A stretch of 32,858 nt of DNA, taken from Bradymonadia bacterium (GTDB taxonomy: Bacteria; Myxococcota_A; Bradymonadia; REDH01). Position 1 is the stretch's first letter. Every line of letters begins with the position of its first letter. Where the stretch lies: assembly GCA_044236985.1 (NCBI GenBank), contig JBIIFW010000001.1, positions 1 to 32,858 on the forward strand, in the 5' to 3' direction. This document shows, in pieces, positions 25,008 to 32,858 of the stretch. A program made the translations under genes and the position numbers. Under the pieces are notes generated by a model that made no database searches, was not told the origin of the DNA, and saw only the letters and a program-made list of their open reading frames with translations.

Positions 25008-27230
25008 ATGCAGGACCAAATGCTGCGCGTAGCGGTCGCCGGCAACCCAAACGCGGGCAAGTCGACACTCTTCAACACCCTTACGCAAGGGCGCGAGAAG
25101 ACGGGTAACTACCCGGGCATCACCATCGAGGCCAAGCGGGGCGACTGGCACGTCCGCTCGCTCTTCCCACAGGCCCTCGGCCGCGTTGAGCTGCTCGACC
25201 TGCCGGGAGCCTACTCGCTGCATGCACACTCTCCGGAAGAGGCTGTCAGCTACCGGGTCCTCTCCGATGGCGCGCCGGGGAGCGAGGCACCGCAGGCGCT
25301 CATCGTCGTCGTCGACGTGATGAACCTCGAGCGCAACCTCTTCTACGCGCTCCAACTCCTCGAACTCGGTCGACCCACCGTTGTGGCGCTGAGCATGACC
25401 GACCGCCTCGCGGCGCAGGGCGGAAAGCTCCAGCTCGATCGGCTCGCGGAGGTGCTTGGCGTGCCCGTCGTAGATGCGCGTCGCGACGACCCCGCGACGC
25501 CCAAGCGGCTCGCCGACGCGCTGGTACAGGCACTGGCTGCGCCGGGCGCGGAGCGGCGCTGGATCTGGCCCGACGCGCAGGTCGAGGCCAGCTTCCGCGA
25601 TCTCGCCGACCGGCTCTCGGCGGCAACGGGGTCGGAGCGGCGCGGCGCCGATGGAACGCTGGGTTGGTGGCTCTCATCACAACTGGATGCAGGCGATATC
25701 GCGCCGGAGGCGGCGCCACTCCGCACCGAGCTCGAGGCGCTGGCGGAGCGCTACTTCGCGGGCGAGCCAAACGTGCCTGCGAAAGACCAGATGGCACGCG
25801 CAGCCATCGAGGCCCGCTACGCCTGGATTGACCGGAAGGTGGCGCCGCTGCTCGATCTGCCCGCAACGGCTGAGTCCCGCAGCGATCGCATCGACCGGGT
25901 GGTCACCCACCCCGTTGCCGGCCCGCTCCTCTTCCTTGCAACGATGGGGCTGCTCTTTCAGCTCATGTTCGTCGGCGCAGACCCGCTCATCTCGCGCATC
26001 GAAGGGGCCTTCGGAGCGCTCGGAGGATGGCTCTCCGAAGCGCTGCCGCCGGGGCCGCTGAACGACCTGCTCGTGAACGGCATCGTGGCCGGCGTCGGTT
26101 CGGTGGTCGTTTTTCTGCCCCAGATCGCCATCCTCTTTGCACTGCTCGCCTTCCTCGACGGCTGCGGATACTTGGCGCGCGCAGCCTTCCTGATGGACCG
26201 GGTGATGGCGCGGGTGGGGCTGCACGGGAAGTCGTTTGTGCCAATGCTCTCAAGCTTCGCCTGTGCCATTCCAGGAATCGCCTCGACGCGGACGATTGAG
26301 CGAGAGAACGACCGCTTCATCACCATTCTGGTCGCACCGCTCATGACCTGCAGCGCGCGGCTCCCCGTCTATGCGCTGCTGCTGGCTACCTTTTTCTCGG
26401 ATCGACCCGCCATCGGCGGCGTGATCAACCAGGCCGCGCTGGGGCTCTTCCTCCTCTACTTTCTAGGAACAGCTGGTGCGCTCGCGATGGCCTGGCTGCT
26501 GCGGAAGACGCTGCTTCCAGGCTCGCGCCCGCCCCTGATTCTGGAGCTGCCGCCCTACCGCCTCCCCCGTGCACGAGACGTCTGGTACGAGGTGCGCGAG
26601 CGCTGCATCGGTTTTGCCAAGGATGCGGGCACCGTCATCCTCGCCACCACCATCCTGCTCTGGGCCGCGATGACCTACCCCCGCTCACCGGAGGTCGAGG
26701 CCCGCTTCGACGCGCAGCTCTCCGCGCTCCATGAGGCTGCCCCCGCCGACGACGCTCCGATAGCGGGCGTGGAGGCCCACCGGGTTCAGGTGCTCCGCCT
26801 GCAGCAGGAGCGGCACCAAGCTGTTACCGAGCGAACGGTCGCGGGACGGGTCGGCAACTTCATCCTGCCCGTGCTCGAGCCGCTCGGCTTCAACGAGCAG
26901 ATCTCGATCGGCATCATCGCATCGCTCGCCGCGCGCGAGGTGCTCGTGAGCTCTCTCGGCGTCAGCTACGGCGTTGGCGACGACGAGGAGAGCCAGGGGC
27001 TGCGCATGGCGCTCCGCAACGACCCGCGGATGAACCGGGCCACCGCCATCTCGATTCTGGTCTGGTTCGTCTTCGCCTTTCAATGTTTCGCGACGGCCGG
27101 CGCCGTGCGACGCGAGACCCACTCCTGGAAGTGGCCCGCGCTTCTCGTCGGCTATCAGACGGTCCTTGCCTGGGTGGCAGCCTTTGTCGCCTATCGCGGC
27201 GCCCTCTGGCTCGGCCTCGGTGGCCCATGA
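25008..27230 (+). CDS. feoB: Ferrous iron transporter FeoB
   Basis: 'VAVAGNPNAGKSTLFNTLT' is the G1 P-loop and 'DLPGAYSL' is G3. The polytopic permease part contains 'VVFLPQIAILFALLAFLDGCGYLARAAFLMDRVM' and a second gate motif. GAGGAGG lies 4-10 nt upstream of ATG 25008. Confidence 0.95.
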   Translation: MQDQMLRVAVAGNPNAGKSTLFNTLTQGREKTGNYPGITIEAKRGDWHVRSLFPQALGRVELLDLPGAYSLHAHSPEEAVSYRVLSDGAPGSEAPQALIVVVDVMNLERNLFYALQLLELGRPTVVALSMTDRLAAQGGKLQLDRLAEVLGVPVVDARRDDPATPKRLADALVQALAAPGAERRWIWPDAQVEASFRDLADRLSAATGSERRGADGTLGWWLSSQLDAGDIAPEAAPLRTELEALAERYFAGEPNVPAKDQMARAAIEARYAWIDRKVAPLLDLPATAESRSDRIDRVVTHPVAGPLLFLATMGLLFQLMFVGADPLISRIEGAFGALGGWLSEALPPGPLNDLLVNGIVAGVGSVVVFLPQIAILFALLAFLDGCGYLARAAFLMDRVMARVGLHGKSFVPMLSSFACAIPGIASTRTIERENDRFITILVAPLMTCSARLPVYALLLATFFSDRPAIGGVINQAALGLFLLYFLGTAGALAMAWLLRKTLLPGSRPPLILELPPYRLPRARDVWYEVRERCIGFAKDAGTVILATTILLWAAMTYPRSPEVEARFDAQLSALHEAAPADDAPIAGVEAHRVQVLRLQQERHQAVTERTVAGRVGNFILPVLEPLGFNEQISIGIIASLAAREVLVSSLGVSYGVGDDEESQGLRMALRNDPRMNRATAISILVWFVFAFQCFATAGAVRRETHSWKWPALLVGYQTVLAWVAAFVAYRGALWLGLGGP

Positions 27231-27433
27231 CGGAGACGGTCCAGAGCGGCCTGGTTGCCCTGCTCGTCGTCGGCGCAGCGGTGGCGAGCCTTCTGCGGCT
27301 TCGGAGTCAGGGTGCAGGCAGCTCCAGCTGTTCCAAGTGCAGCGGCTGCGGGAGCGAAGACCCTGCCTGCGTGCGTGAACTCACCGCGAAGCTCCGCAGC
27401 AATGCGACGCCTCCCTCCGAACCACACCCCTAG
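27227..27433 (+). CDS. FeoB-associated Cys-rich small membrane protein
   Basis: ATG 27227 overlaps the feoB TGA (ATGA). The 68-aa product has one TM ('GLVALLVVGAAVASLL') followed by 'SSSCSKCSGCGSEDPAC'. This architecture is characteristic of the FeoB-associated Cys-rich family. Confidence 0.7.
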   Translation: MTETVQSGLVALLVVGAAVASLLRLRSQGAGSSSCSKCSGCGSEDPACVRELTAKLRSNATPPSEPHP

Positions 27434-27441
27434 AGGCACCC

Positions 27442-27873
27442 ATGTTCATGACGCTGCTCTTGGTCGCCTTCCTTCTCTCGAGCGCTGTCTCATGGGGGAT
27501 CTCACGGGCCTTCTCGCAGCCGATGCAGAGCATCCTTGCCCGCATCATTGCAGACCCCATCAGCGAGGCGTGGGTTCGCTATCTCAAGTTTGCCATCCTT
27601 GTCGTCGGCATCTCGTCGGGCGTCCGCATCAGCGAGATTGAGCGCTACATCTCGCCGAACAACTGGCAGGAGAACCCGGAGATTCTGGCGCTGACGGGTG
27701 AGCGTTGGGTGCTCGAGATCTATCGCACTGTCATCGAGACGCTGCAGGGCGTCGCGATGATGCTGCTGGCCTTCTTCGTCATCTCGCTCGTGGCCTTCGT
27801 CGTCCTGCGTATCTCGGAGCTTCGTCAGGCCGCACGGACAGCACCCACCGAGAAGCGGGCGCCCGAAGCCTAG
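27442..27873 (+). CDS. Small membrane protein, function unknown (possible feo operon member)
   Basis: ATG 27442 lies 8 nt after the previous stop. The product has an N-terminal TM ('MTLLLVAFLLSSAV'), a second hydrophobic stretch ('FAILVVGISSG') and a C-terminal TM ('VAMMLLAFFVISLVAFVVL'). Codon bias is good. I recognise no family. Confidence 0.6.
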   Translation: MFMTLLLVAFLLSSAVSWGISRAFSQPMQSILARIIADPISEAWVRYLKFAILVVGISSGVRISEIERYISPNNWQENPEILALTGERWVLEIYRTVIETLQGVAMMLLAFFVISLVAFVVLRISELRQAARTAPTEKRAPEA

Positions 27874-29663
27874 CCGAGGAAGCCGAAGAGGCCGGCGTCG
27901 GCGAGCTCTGCCAGCCAGGCCTCACCGCTCTCGGGCCAAGAGCCGTCGTCATGCGCCTCGAGCCAGCGTTCGAGCCGTCCGGCAGCGTCGCCAGCCGAGA
28001 CCGAGCCGCTGCGCGCATCGTTCCAGAGTTCGACGACAACGCGAGGCAGCGGAAGGATTGCGACCTGTCCGCGCACGCTGCCCACCATGAGTCCGCCATA
28101 CTCCTCGTCCGGCATGGTGGGCAGCTCGACCTCGGCGCCGTCGTCTTCGGCGCGGGCCAGCAGGAGCGTCCACGGCAGGTCGAGGCAGCGGAAGGCAGAG
28201 GAGCCGAGGAGGCGGCTGTTGTCGTCTGCTGGAGCGGTCTCGCAGAGGTGCTCCACGTCGTCGTCGCGTTGCGACAGCGTGGCGATGACCACCTCTAGCG
28301 CGAACCGTTCGCGAACGGCCTCGGTGACTTCGGGGTCGGTGGTGAGCCAGCGATGAAGACGGGTGTCGAGCGGTTCGCGCGAGAGAAAGACTCCCCGCTG
28401 CCAGGCTGCTGCGAGAGCTGCTGCGCCCGCCTCACTGCACCAGTTCGCCGTCGGCGGCGAGAGGCTCTCGATTCCCTCCAGCAGGGTCTCGGAGGGGCCT
28501 GCTGTAACGTAACCCGTTGCGGCCAGCCGCGGATCGCAGGCGATGAGCGCAGCCTGCAGCGCAGTGCCTCCAGCGACGGGCGCCGCGAAGGCTTCGCGAA
28601 GCGCCGGCAGCAGCCCGCGGAACTGCTTCCAACCGAGCGTGGCGGCTCGGCTGGCGAGGTCCCAGATGCGGCGGCGGTCGCGCGCCGTGCCTGTCGCATC
28701 GGCATCGACGACGAGCTCTCCGCACAGGAGCTGATCGCCGATCGTCTCGAGATGGTCGATGTAGGCGGCGGCATCGCTGAAGTAGTCCCGGCCGGCCTCG
28801 AGTAGCTGTCCGAAGAGGATGCCGTGCGACCGCTCGGTGAGACGAGCGTAGTGGCCAACGACATAGGCACGGGCATCGCTCGACGGTGCGAGGAAGGCAT
28901 GCGTTGTCTCGATGATACGACGCTCGTCGAGCTCGCGGCGCACCGTCTCGAACTCGGTGGCTGCGTGGTCGAGACCCCAGCGGAAGTTGGCGACGGTCGC
29001 CAGCAGGCGCGACCGAAGGTCTGCCTCCGATTCGGTCAGCCAGACGGCTTCGGCAAGCGATGCCTGCCGGCTGGCGGCGGTGTTGGCGCGATCGAAGCCG
29101 CGGCTCTGCAGACGGCAGCACTCATCAAAGCCGTACCAGAGCGCGACCGGCAGCGTCTCGTTGATGCGGCTGGTTGCGTAGAGTTCGAACCGGCTCATGC
29201 CATCGGCCCAGAAGAAGCCGCAGGCGCGATGGAGGAGCTCATGCGGCGCCCACTTCGCCACATGGTTGGGGTTGTAGGTGGCGAAGGGCTCGTCCTGCTT
29301 GAAGGACTGGTACTTCCCGATGTGGAGCACGCCAGCATCCCAGACCCCGTTGAGCAGGTTCTCTACCTCGTCTCCTCCACGCTGCGACTCCTCCGAGGCG
29401 AGGGGGGCGCGGGCCTCGTGCTGGACGGTGGTCGTGCCCGATTGCAGCGCCAGGCAGACGGTGCGGAAGGCGGCCGGCGAGGCGACCACCTCACCGATGG
29501 GGAGGCCGGCCATCACAGCAACCGCGGCGCCCTTCTCCAGCGCCACAGGGCGGAGCGCGAGCATCCAGCCGACGAGCGCATCGGAGAGCGACGCATCGTC
29601 GAGCTCACGGAGCGCCGCGAGTGAAGGAAGGGAGAGGCCTGGGACCGTGAAGGGGAGGGTCAT
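27870..29663 (-). CDS. Hypothetical 597-aa cytoplasmic protein with an HExxH motif
   Basis: This is a long ORF with strong GC3 bias and no signal peptide or TM. 'NPNHVAKWAPHELLHRACGFFW' contains HELLH (nt 29229-29243, minus strand). The rest is Ala/Leu/Arg-rich and helical-looking. I recognise no family. Confidence 0.7.
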   Translation of the reverse strand: MTLPFTVPGLSLPSLAALRELDDASLSDALVGWMLALRPVALEKGAAVAVMAGLPIGEVVASPAAFRTVCLALQSGTTTVQHEARAPLASEESQRGGDEVENLLNGVWDAGVLHIGKYQSFKQDEPFATYNPNHVAKWAPHELLHRACGFFWADGMSRFELYATSRINETLPVALWYGFDECCRLQSRGFDRANTAASRQASLAEAVWLTESEADLRSRLLATVANFRWGLDHAATEFETVRRELDERRIIETTHAFLAPSSDARAYVVGHYARLTERSHGILFGQLLEAGRDYFSDAAAYIDHLETIGDQLLCGELVVDADATGTARDRRRIWDLASRAATLGWKQFRGLLPALREAFAAPVAGGTALQAALIACDPRLAATGYVTAGPSETLLEGIESLSPPTANWCSEAGAAALAAAWQRGVFLSREPLDTRLHRWLTTDPEVTEAVRERFALEVVIATLSQRDDDVEHLCETAPADDNSRLLGSSAFRCLDLPWTLLLARAEDDGAEVELPTMPDEEYGGLMVGSVRGQVAILPLPRVVVELWNDARSGSVSAGDAAGRLERWLEAHDDGSWPESGEAWLAELADAGLFGFLG

Positions 29664-29826
29664 GTGGCAGCAGTGCGTGCGGTGGCTTGGAGGTGGCGGC
29701 GCTTCTCGCCCCGGCAGGCTGCCAAGTCAAGGCAGTGTGCGGTTTGCAGAATGGTGCGTGACGGGGTAGGCGACACGGCATCAACATCGTGGGGCCTGTA
29801 TGAATCGTGACCGTTTGGAGAGGGAG

Positions 29827-30828
29827 ATGCGGGTGCTGGAGGGCGCCCAGACGCAGCGCAACGTGATGAGAAGCGCAGGCGCAGCGCTGCTTGCCTCTTT
29901 GCTCCTGCTGTGCACGGGCTGCATCGCCGAGAGCGCGGGGTCCACGCCGCGGCGGAGGGCGGTCTATCGTGCGCCCGTCGCGGCCGCGCAGCCTGCCGCT
30001 CAGGCGGCGGGTACCGATGGGCCTGTCGCCCCAAACGCGGCGAAGTCCGGCGCAGGACAAGGGCTGCGCCTCATCGCCTGGAACATGGAGTGGCTCGCCG
30101 ATGAGCCCGGCCGTGGCACCCTCAAGCGGGCCGTCTCCGACTACCATGCCTTCGCGGGTTACGCGGCCGAGATAGACCCCGATATCGCGGTCCTTCAGGA
30201 GGTCGCAGGAGAGGAGGCGGTGCAGCGTGTCTTCGACAGCAGCCGCTACCACATCTACGTGACGCGGGAGACAGGCGTGCAGCGGGTGGCGCTGGTCTGG
30301 AAGAAGAGCATCGACCTGAACGTAATCGACGAACTGGAAGAACTCGGGCCAGGCGGCCTGCGCGAGAGCCCCGATGCGCTCGTCACCGTGCCCGGCGGAA
30401 GCTTCCGACTCCTCGGCGTTCACCTCAAGTCGAGCTGCTTCTCGGAGAACCTGGACACGAGCCGCAAAGCTGCCTGCATCACCCTGCGAGGACAGATGGA
30501 TATCGGTGAGGCCTGGATGGAGGCGCGGCATGCAGAGGGCACGCCCTTCGCGGTACTGGGTGACTTCAACCGCCGCTTCTCGGACCGCGACGATGCCTGG
30601 GCCGACCTCAATGACGACACCCCGGCAGGCTTCAAACTCGTGGCGCCGACCGTGGGACGGACAGCCCGGTGCCGCGATGGGCGCTACAAGGATTTCATCG
30701 ATCACATCGTCATGAGCGACAGCCTGGCGCGTCGCATGGTGCCCGGCAGCTTCCAGCAGTGGAACTACCGATCTTGGGACCCGCCCGTGCTTTCCGACCA
30801 CTGCCCGATCGGTGTGAATCTGCGCTGA
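29827..30828 (+). CDS. Endonuclease/exonuclease/phosphatase (EEP) family lipoprotein
   Basis: 'LRLIAWNMEWL', 'DIAVLQEV', 'LLGVHLKS', 'AVLGDFNR', 'IDHIVMS' and 'LSDHCPI' are the ordered EEP catalytic blocks. The lipobox is 'LLLLCTGC'. I chose ATG 29827 because GGAG lies 6 nt upstream; ATG 29800 and ATG 29866 are alternatives. Confidence 0.8.
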   Translation: MRVLEGAQTQRNVMRSAGAALLASLLLLCTGCIAESAGSTPRRRAVYRAPVAAAQPAAQAAGTDGPVAPNAAKSGAGQGLRLIAWNMEWLADEPGRGTLKRAVSDYHAFAGYAAEIDPDIAVLQEVAGEEAVQRVFDSSRYHIYVTRETGVQRVALVWKKSIDLNVIDELEELGPGGLRESPDALVTVPGGSFRLLGVHLKSSCFSENLDTSRKAACITLRGQMDIGEAWMEARHAEGTPFAVLGDFNRRFSDRDDAWADLNDDTPAGFKLVAPTVGRTARCRDGRYKDFIDHIVMSDSLARRMVPGSFQQWNYRSWDPPVLSDHCPIGVNLR

Positions 30829-30918
30829 GAATTGTTCGCCGAAAATTTGCCTCGGCGATCGCAGTGAGGCCTAACGGCTCCGTTCCAAATTGGTGGAGAA
30901 CGGAAGCAGGGAGGCATC

Positions 30919-32199
30919 ATGGCTGGTAAGCGCGGAGAGCAGGATTTTGGTTGGGATGATACGGAAGAGGAGTTCTTCACCTCGGGCGATCTCAAGCCGG
31001 TGGAGCAGAGCGGCTCGGTGTCGGGCATGCAGTCTGAGCCCGTGTCGACGGCGATCCGCGTGGCCCCGGCCGTGCCCACCTGGGCGCTGGCGGTCATTGG
31101 CGTCTCCGTCTGCGGTAACCTCGCGCTCGGCCTGCACATGCTCGCGAGCCGCGACTCCAACCTCGACAGCAACGCTGCCTCCAAGAAGGGTGCCGCGCCT
31201 CTCGCCGGCGCCATGATCGCGGGCTCGACGCTCGAGATTCTGCCAGAAGAGGGCTTCGCAGAAGGCTCGGGCAGCGGCGAAGGATTTGTCGCCGAGGGCT
31301 CGGGCAGCGGCGAAGGATTTGTCGCCGAGGGCTCCGGCAGCGGCGAAGGGTTTGTCGCCGAGGGCTCCGGCAGCGGCGATCCCTCGCTCGAGGTAGCCCG
31401 TGTCGATTCGGGCACCGTCGTACCCGCCGACTTCTCGACCGGCCACGCCATCATCGCCGGCTCCATTCCTGCTTCGCTTGGCCCCATTGCAGGTGGCCGC
31501 GGCGACGCCCTCTCGGCCGCCTTCAACCGCCTCGTCATGTGGGACCTCGATGTCCGCCGCGACCTCCGCGCCGGCGACGAGGCCTCCGTGGCCTGGCAGG
31601 AGACGAACGACAACGCGCAGGTGGTCATCGGTGCCGCCTCCTACAAGTCGATTAAGTTCAAGAAGTCGCTCACGGCCTTCCGCTTCCAGGCCACGGGAGA
31701 CACCCTGCCCCGCTACTGGTCGGCCGACGGCAAAGAGGTGGAATTCCGTCTCAACAACAGCCCCATCGCGGACTACGATCAGGTCACGAGCCTCCTCAAG
31801 GACCGCCCGACCCACCACGGCATGGACTTCAAGACCCCCGTCGGAACCCCCATCACGTCGCCCTGGGCGGGCGTCGTCACCAAGGCCAACTGGAACTGGG
31901 GTTCCAACGGCAACTGCCTCGAGATCGCCTTCTCGAACGGCAACACCGGCAAGTTCCTCCACCTGAGCGAGAACAAGGTCAAGGCGGGCGACCGCATCAA
32001 GGCCGGTGAGGTCATCGCCCTGTCTGGCAACACGGGCCGCTCGACCGGCCCCCACCTGCACTACCAGCTCGAGAAGGCCGGCGAGATCCTCGACCCCGTC
32101 ACGGTGCACGGAACCTTCCGCCGCGAGCTCCCCGAGACCGACCGCGCCCGCTTCCAGGCCGAAGTGGGTCGCATGAGCGCCACGCTCGCTTCGAAGTAG
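30919..32199 (+). CDS. M23 (LytM-type) metallopeptidase with N-terminal TM anchor and repeat linker
   Basis: GGGAGG lies upstream of ATG 30919. The TM is 'WALAVIGVSVCGNLALGLHML'. 'HHGMDFKTPVGTPITSPWAGVV' (HxxxD) and 'GNTGRSTGPHLHYQL' (HxH) are the M23 zinc and catalytic motifs. Confidence 0.88.
   Translation: MAGKRGEQDFGWDDTEEEFFTSGDLKPVEQSGSVSGMQSEPVSTAIRVAPAVPTWALAVIGVSVCGNLALGLHMLASRDSNLDSNAASKKGAAPLAGAMIAGSTLEILPEEGFAEGSGSGEGFVAEGSGSGEGFVAEGSGSGEGFVAEGSGSGDPSLEVARVDSGTVVPADFSTGHAIIAGSIPASLGPIAGGRGDALSAAFNRLVMWDLDVRRDLRAGDEASVAWQETNDNAQVVIGAASYKSIKFKKSLTAFRFQATGDTLPRYWSADGKEVEFRLNNSPIADYDQVTSLLKDRPTHHGMDFKTPVGTPITSPWAGVVTKANWNWGSNGNCLEIAFSNGNTGKFLHLSENKVKAGDRIKAGEVIALSGNTGRSTGPHLHYQLEKAGEILDPVTVHGTFRRELPETDRARFQAEVGRMSATLASK
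31258..31380 (+). repeat. In-frame 33-bp tandem repeat, about 3.7 copies, inside the M23 peptidase gene
   Basis: The units are 31258-31290, 31291-31323, 31324-31356 and a partial unit at 31357-31380. The consensus is GCCGAGGGCTCSGGCAGCGGCGAAGGRTTTGTC, with 1-4 substitutions per unit. It encodes (A)EGSGSGEGFV x3 followed by AEGSGSGD. Confidence 0.95.
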
Positions 32200-32201
32200 T
32201 C

Positions 32202-32858
32202 TTACGACCTACCATACCGGTGGCTGAGTTCGCGCAGGCGAGCGGCCACCCCCGCATCAAGCGCCCCGTCGCCAAGCCGCCAGCACCAGTTGCCGACGGC
32301 CGTTCCGGGGCGGTTCATGCGCTCCTCGCTGCCGAGCGAAAGCAGGTCTTGGGCAGGCACCAGGGCGAGCAGCGCCGGTGACCGCCAGAGCCCCTCGAGG
32401 AGCTGCCAGGCGATGTCGGTACCGTCGATGGCGAAGTAGCGCCGCACATGGTCAGCCTCTGCCTCATGGCAGGTCGCATACCAGCCCACCGTCGTGTCGT
32501 TGTCGTGGGTGCCCGTGTAGGCCACGCACCGAACTGGGTAGTTGTGCGGCAGGTAGGGATGGTCGTCGTTGCCGCCGAAGGCAAAGTGGAGGATTTTCAT
32601 CCCGGGCAGTTCGAGGCCGTCGCGGAGCTCCTCCACGGCCGGCGTGATAATGCCCAGGTCCTCGGCGATGATGGGCAGGTCGACGAGCTCGCTGCGGAGT
32701 GCATCGAAGAAGGGGCGGCCCGGGCCCGGGCGCCAGCTCCCCGAGCGAGCGTCGGGGGCCTCGGCGGGGATGGCCCAGTAGGACTCGAAGCCGCGGAAGT
32801 GGTCGATGCGGACCATGTCGGCCTGGCGAAGGCAGGCGCGGACCCGCTGCTTCCACCA
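32202..32858 (-). CDS. malQ: 4-alpha-glucanotransferase (amylomaltase, GH77), C-terminal part; N-terminus outside window
   Basis: The frame is open to the window end ('WWKQRVRACLRQADMVRIDHFRGFESYW'). 'RIDHFRGF', 'IIAEDLG', 'YTGTHDNDT' and 'PGTAVGNWCWR' are the GH77 catalytic and C-terminal blocks. Confidence 0.9.
   Translation of the reverse strand, partial: WWKQRVRACLRQADMVRIDHFRGFESYWAIPAEAPDARSGSWRPGPGRPFFDALRSELVDLPIIAEDLGIITPAVEELRDGLELPGMKILHFAFGGNDDHPYLPHNYPVRCVAYTGTHDNDTTVGWYATCHEAEADHVRRYFAIDGTDIAWQLLEGLWRSPALLALVPAQDLLSLGSEERMNRPGTAVGNWCWRLGDGALDAGVAARLRELSHRYGRS

Noticed and set aside
31258-31380. Possible CRISPR array (regular 33-bp repeats)
   Set aside because: The repeats are directly adjacent with no spacers, lie in frame inside a coding gene, and have no cas genes nearby. 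This is a coding tandem repeat, not a CRISPR array.
1-32858. Mobile elements, prophage, defence systems (restriction-modification, toxin-antitoxin, CBASS, retrons), tRNA/rRNA genes
   Set aside because: I found no integrase, transposase or recombinase motifs, terminal inverted repeats, nuclease/ATPase defence-type domain pairs, or tRNA-like cloverleaf candidates. Apart from short regulatory AT-rich patches, composition is uniform, so there is no sign of a horizontally acquired island.

Overview
GC-rich bacterial chromosomal window. Third codon positions are almost all G/C, which generates many long spurious antisense ORFs. A MYXO-CTERM-like sorting tail hints at a Myxococcota-type organism, but that is inference only. 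I support about 26 protein genes and one riboswitch. I see no rRNA, tRNA, CRISPR array, transposase or integrase.

Layout:
(a) 1-16363 is a tightly packed, partly translationally coupled envelope-glycosylation locus. It encodes an SDR epimerase, an ALG5/Dpm1/GtrB-like GT2, a GT4, a large HAD-type protein, two paralogous SAM methyltransferases and one degenerate methyltransferase. It also encodes four large polytopic GT-C-like membrane proteins, one with a TMTC-like TM+TPR architecture, and a secreted Zn-phospholipase-C-like protein with a MYXO-CTERM-like tail.
(b) 16464-21401 is a cobalamin riboswitch followed by a TonB-dependent receptor and two lipoproteins (one repeat-rich and possibly beta-propeller, one family-I-lipase fold).
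(c) Housekeeping genes topA and infA follow.
(d) Next is a feoA-feoB-(Cys-rich FeoB-associated) operon preceded by a Fur box, plus one extra small membrane protein.
(e) The right end holds an orphan 597-aa HExxH protein, an EEP-family lipoprotein, an M23 peptidase with an in-frame 33-bp tandem repeat, and the 3' part of malQ.

Best candidates for undescribed biology:
- the GT-C-rich glycosylation locus, which lacks Wzx/Wzy/ABC export genes;
- an acidic Ser-Gly motif (EGSG...) recurring in six exported proteins of the window, which may be its substrate sequon;
- the B12-riboswitch-controlled receptor plus lipoprotein module;
- the HExxH orphan.

All functional calls come from reading motifs by eye. 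No database search was run.
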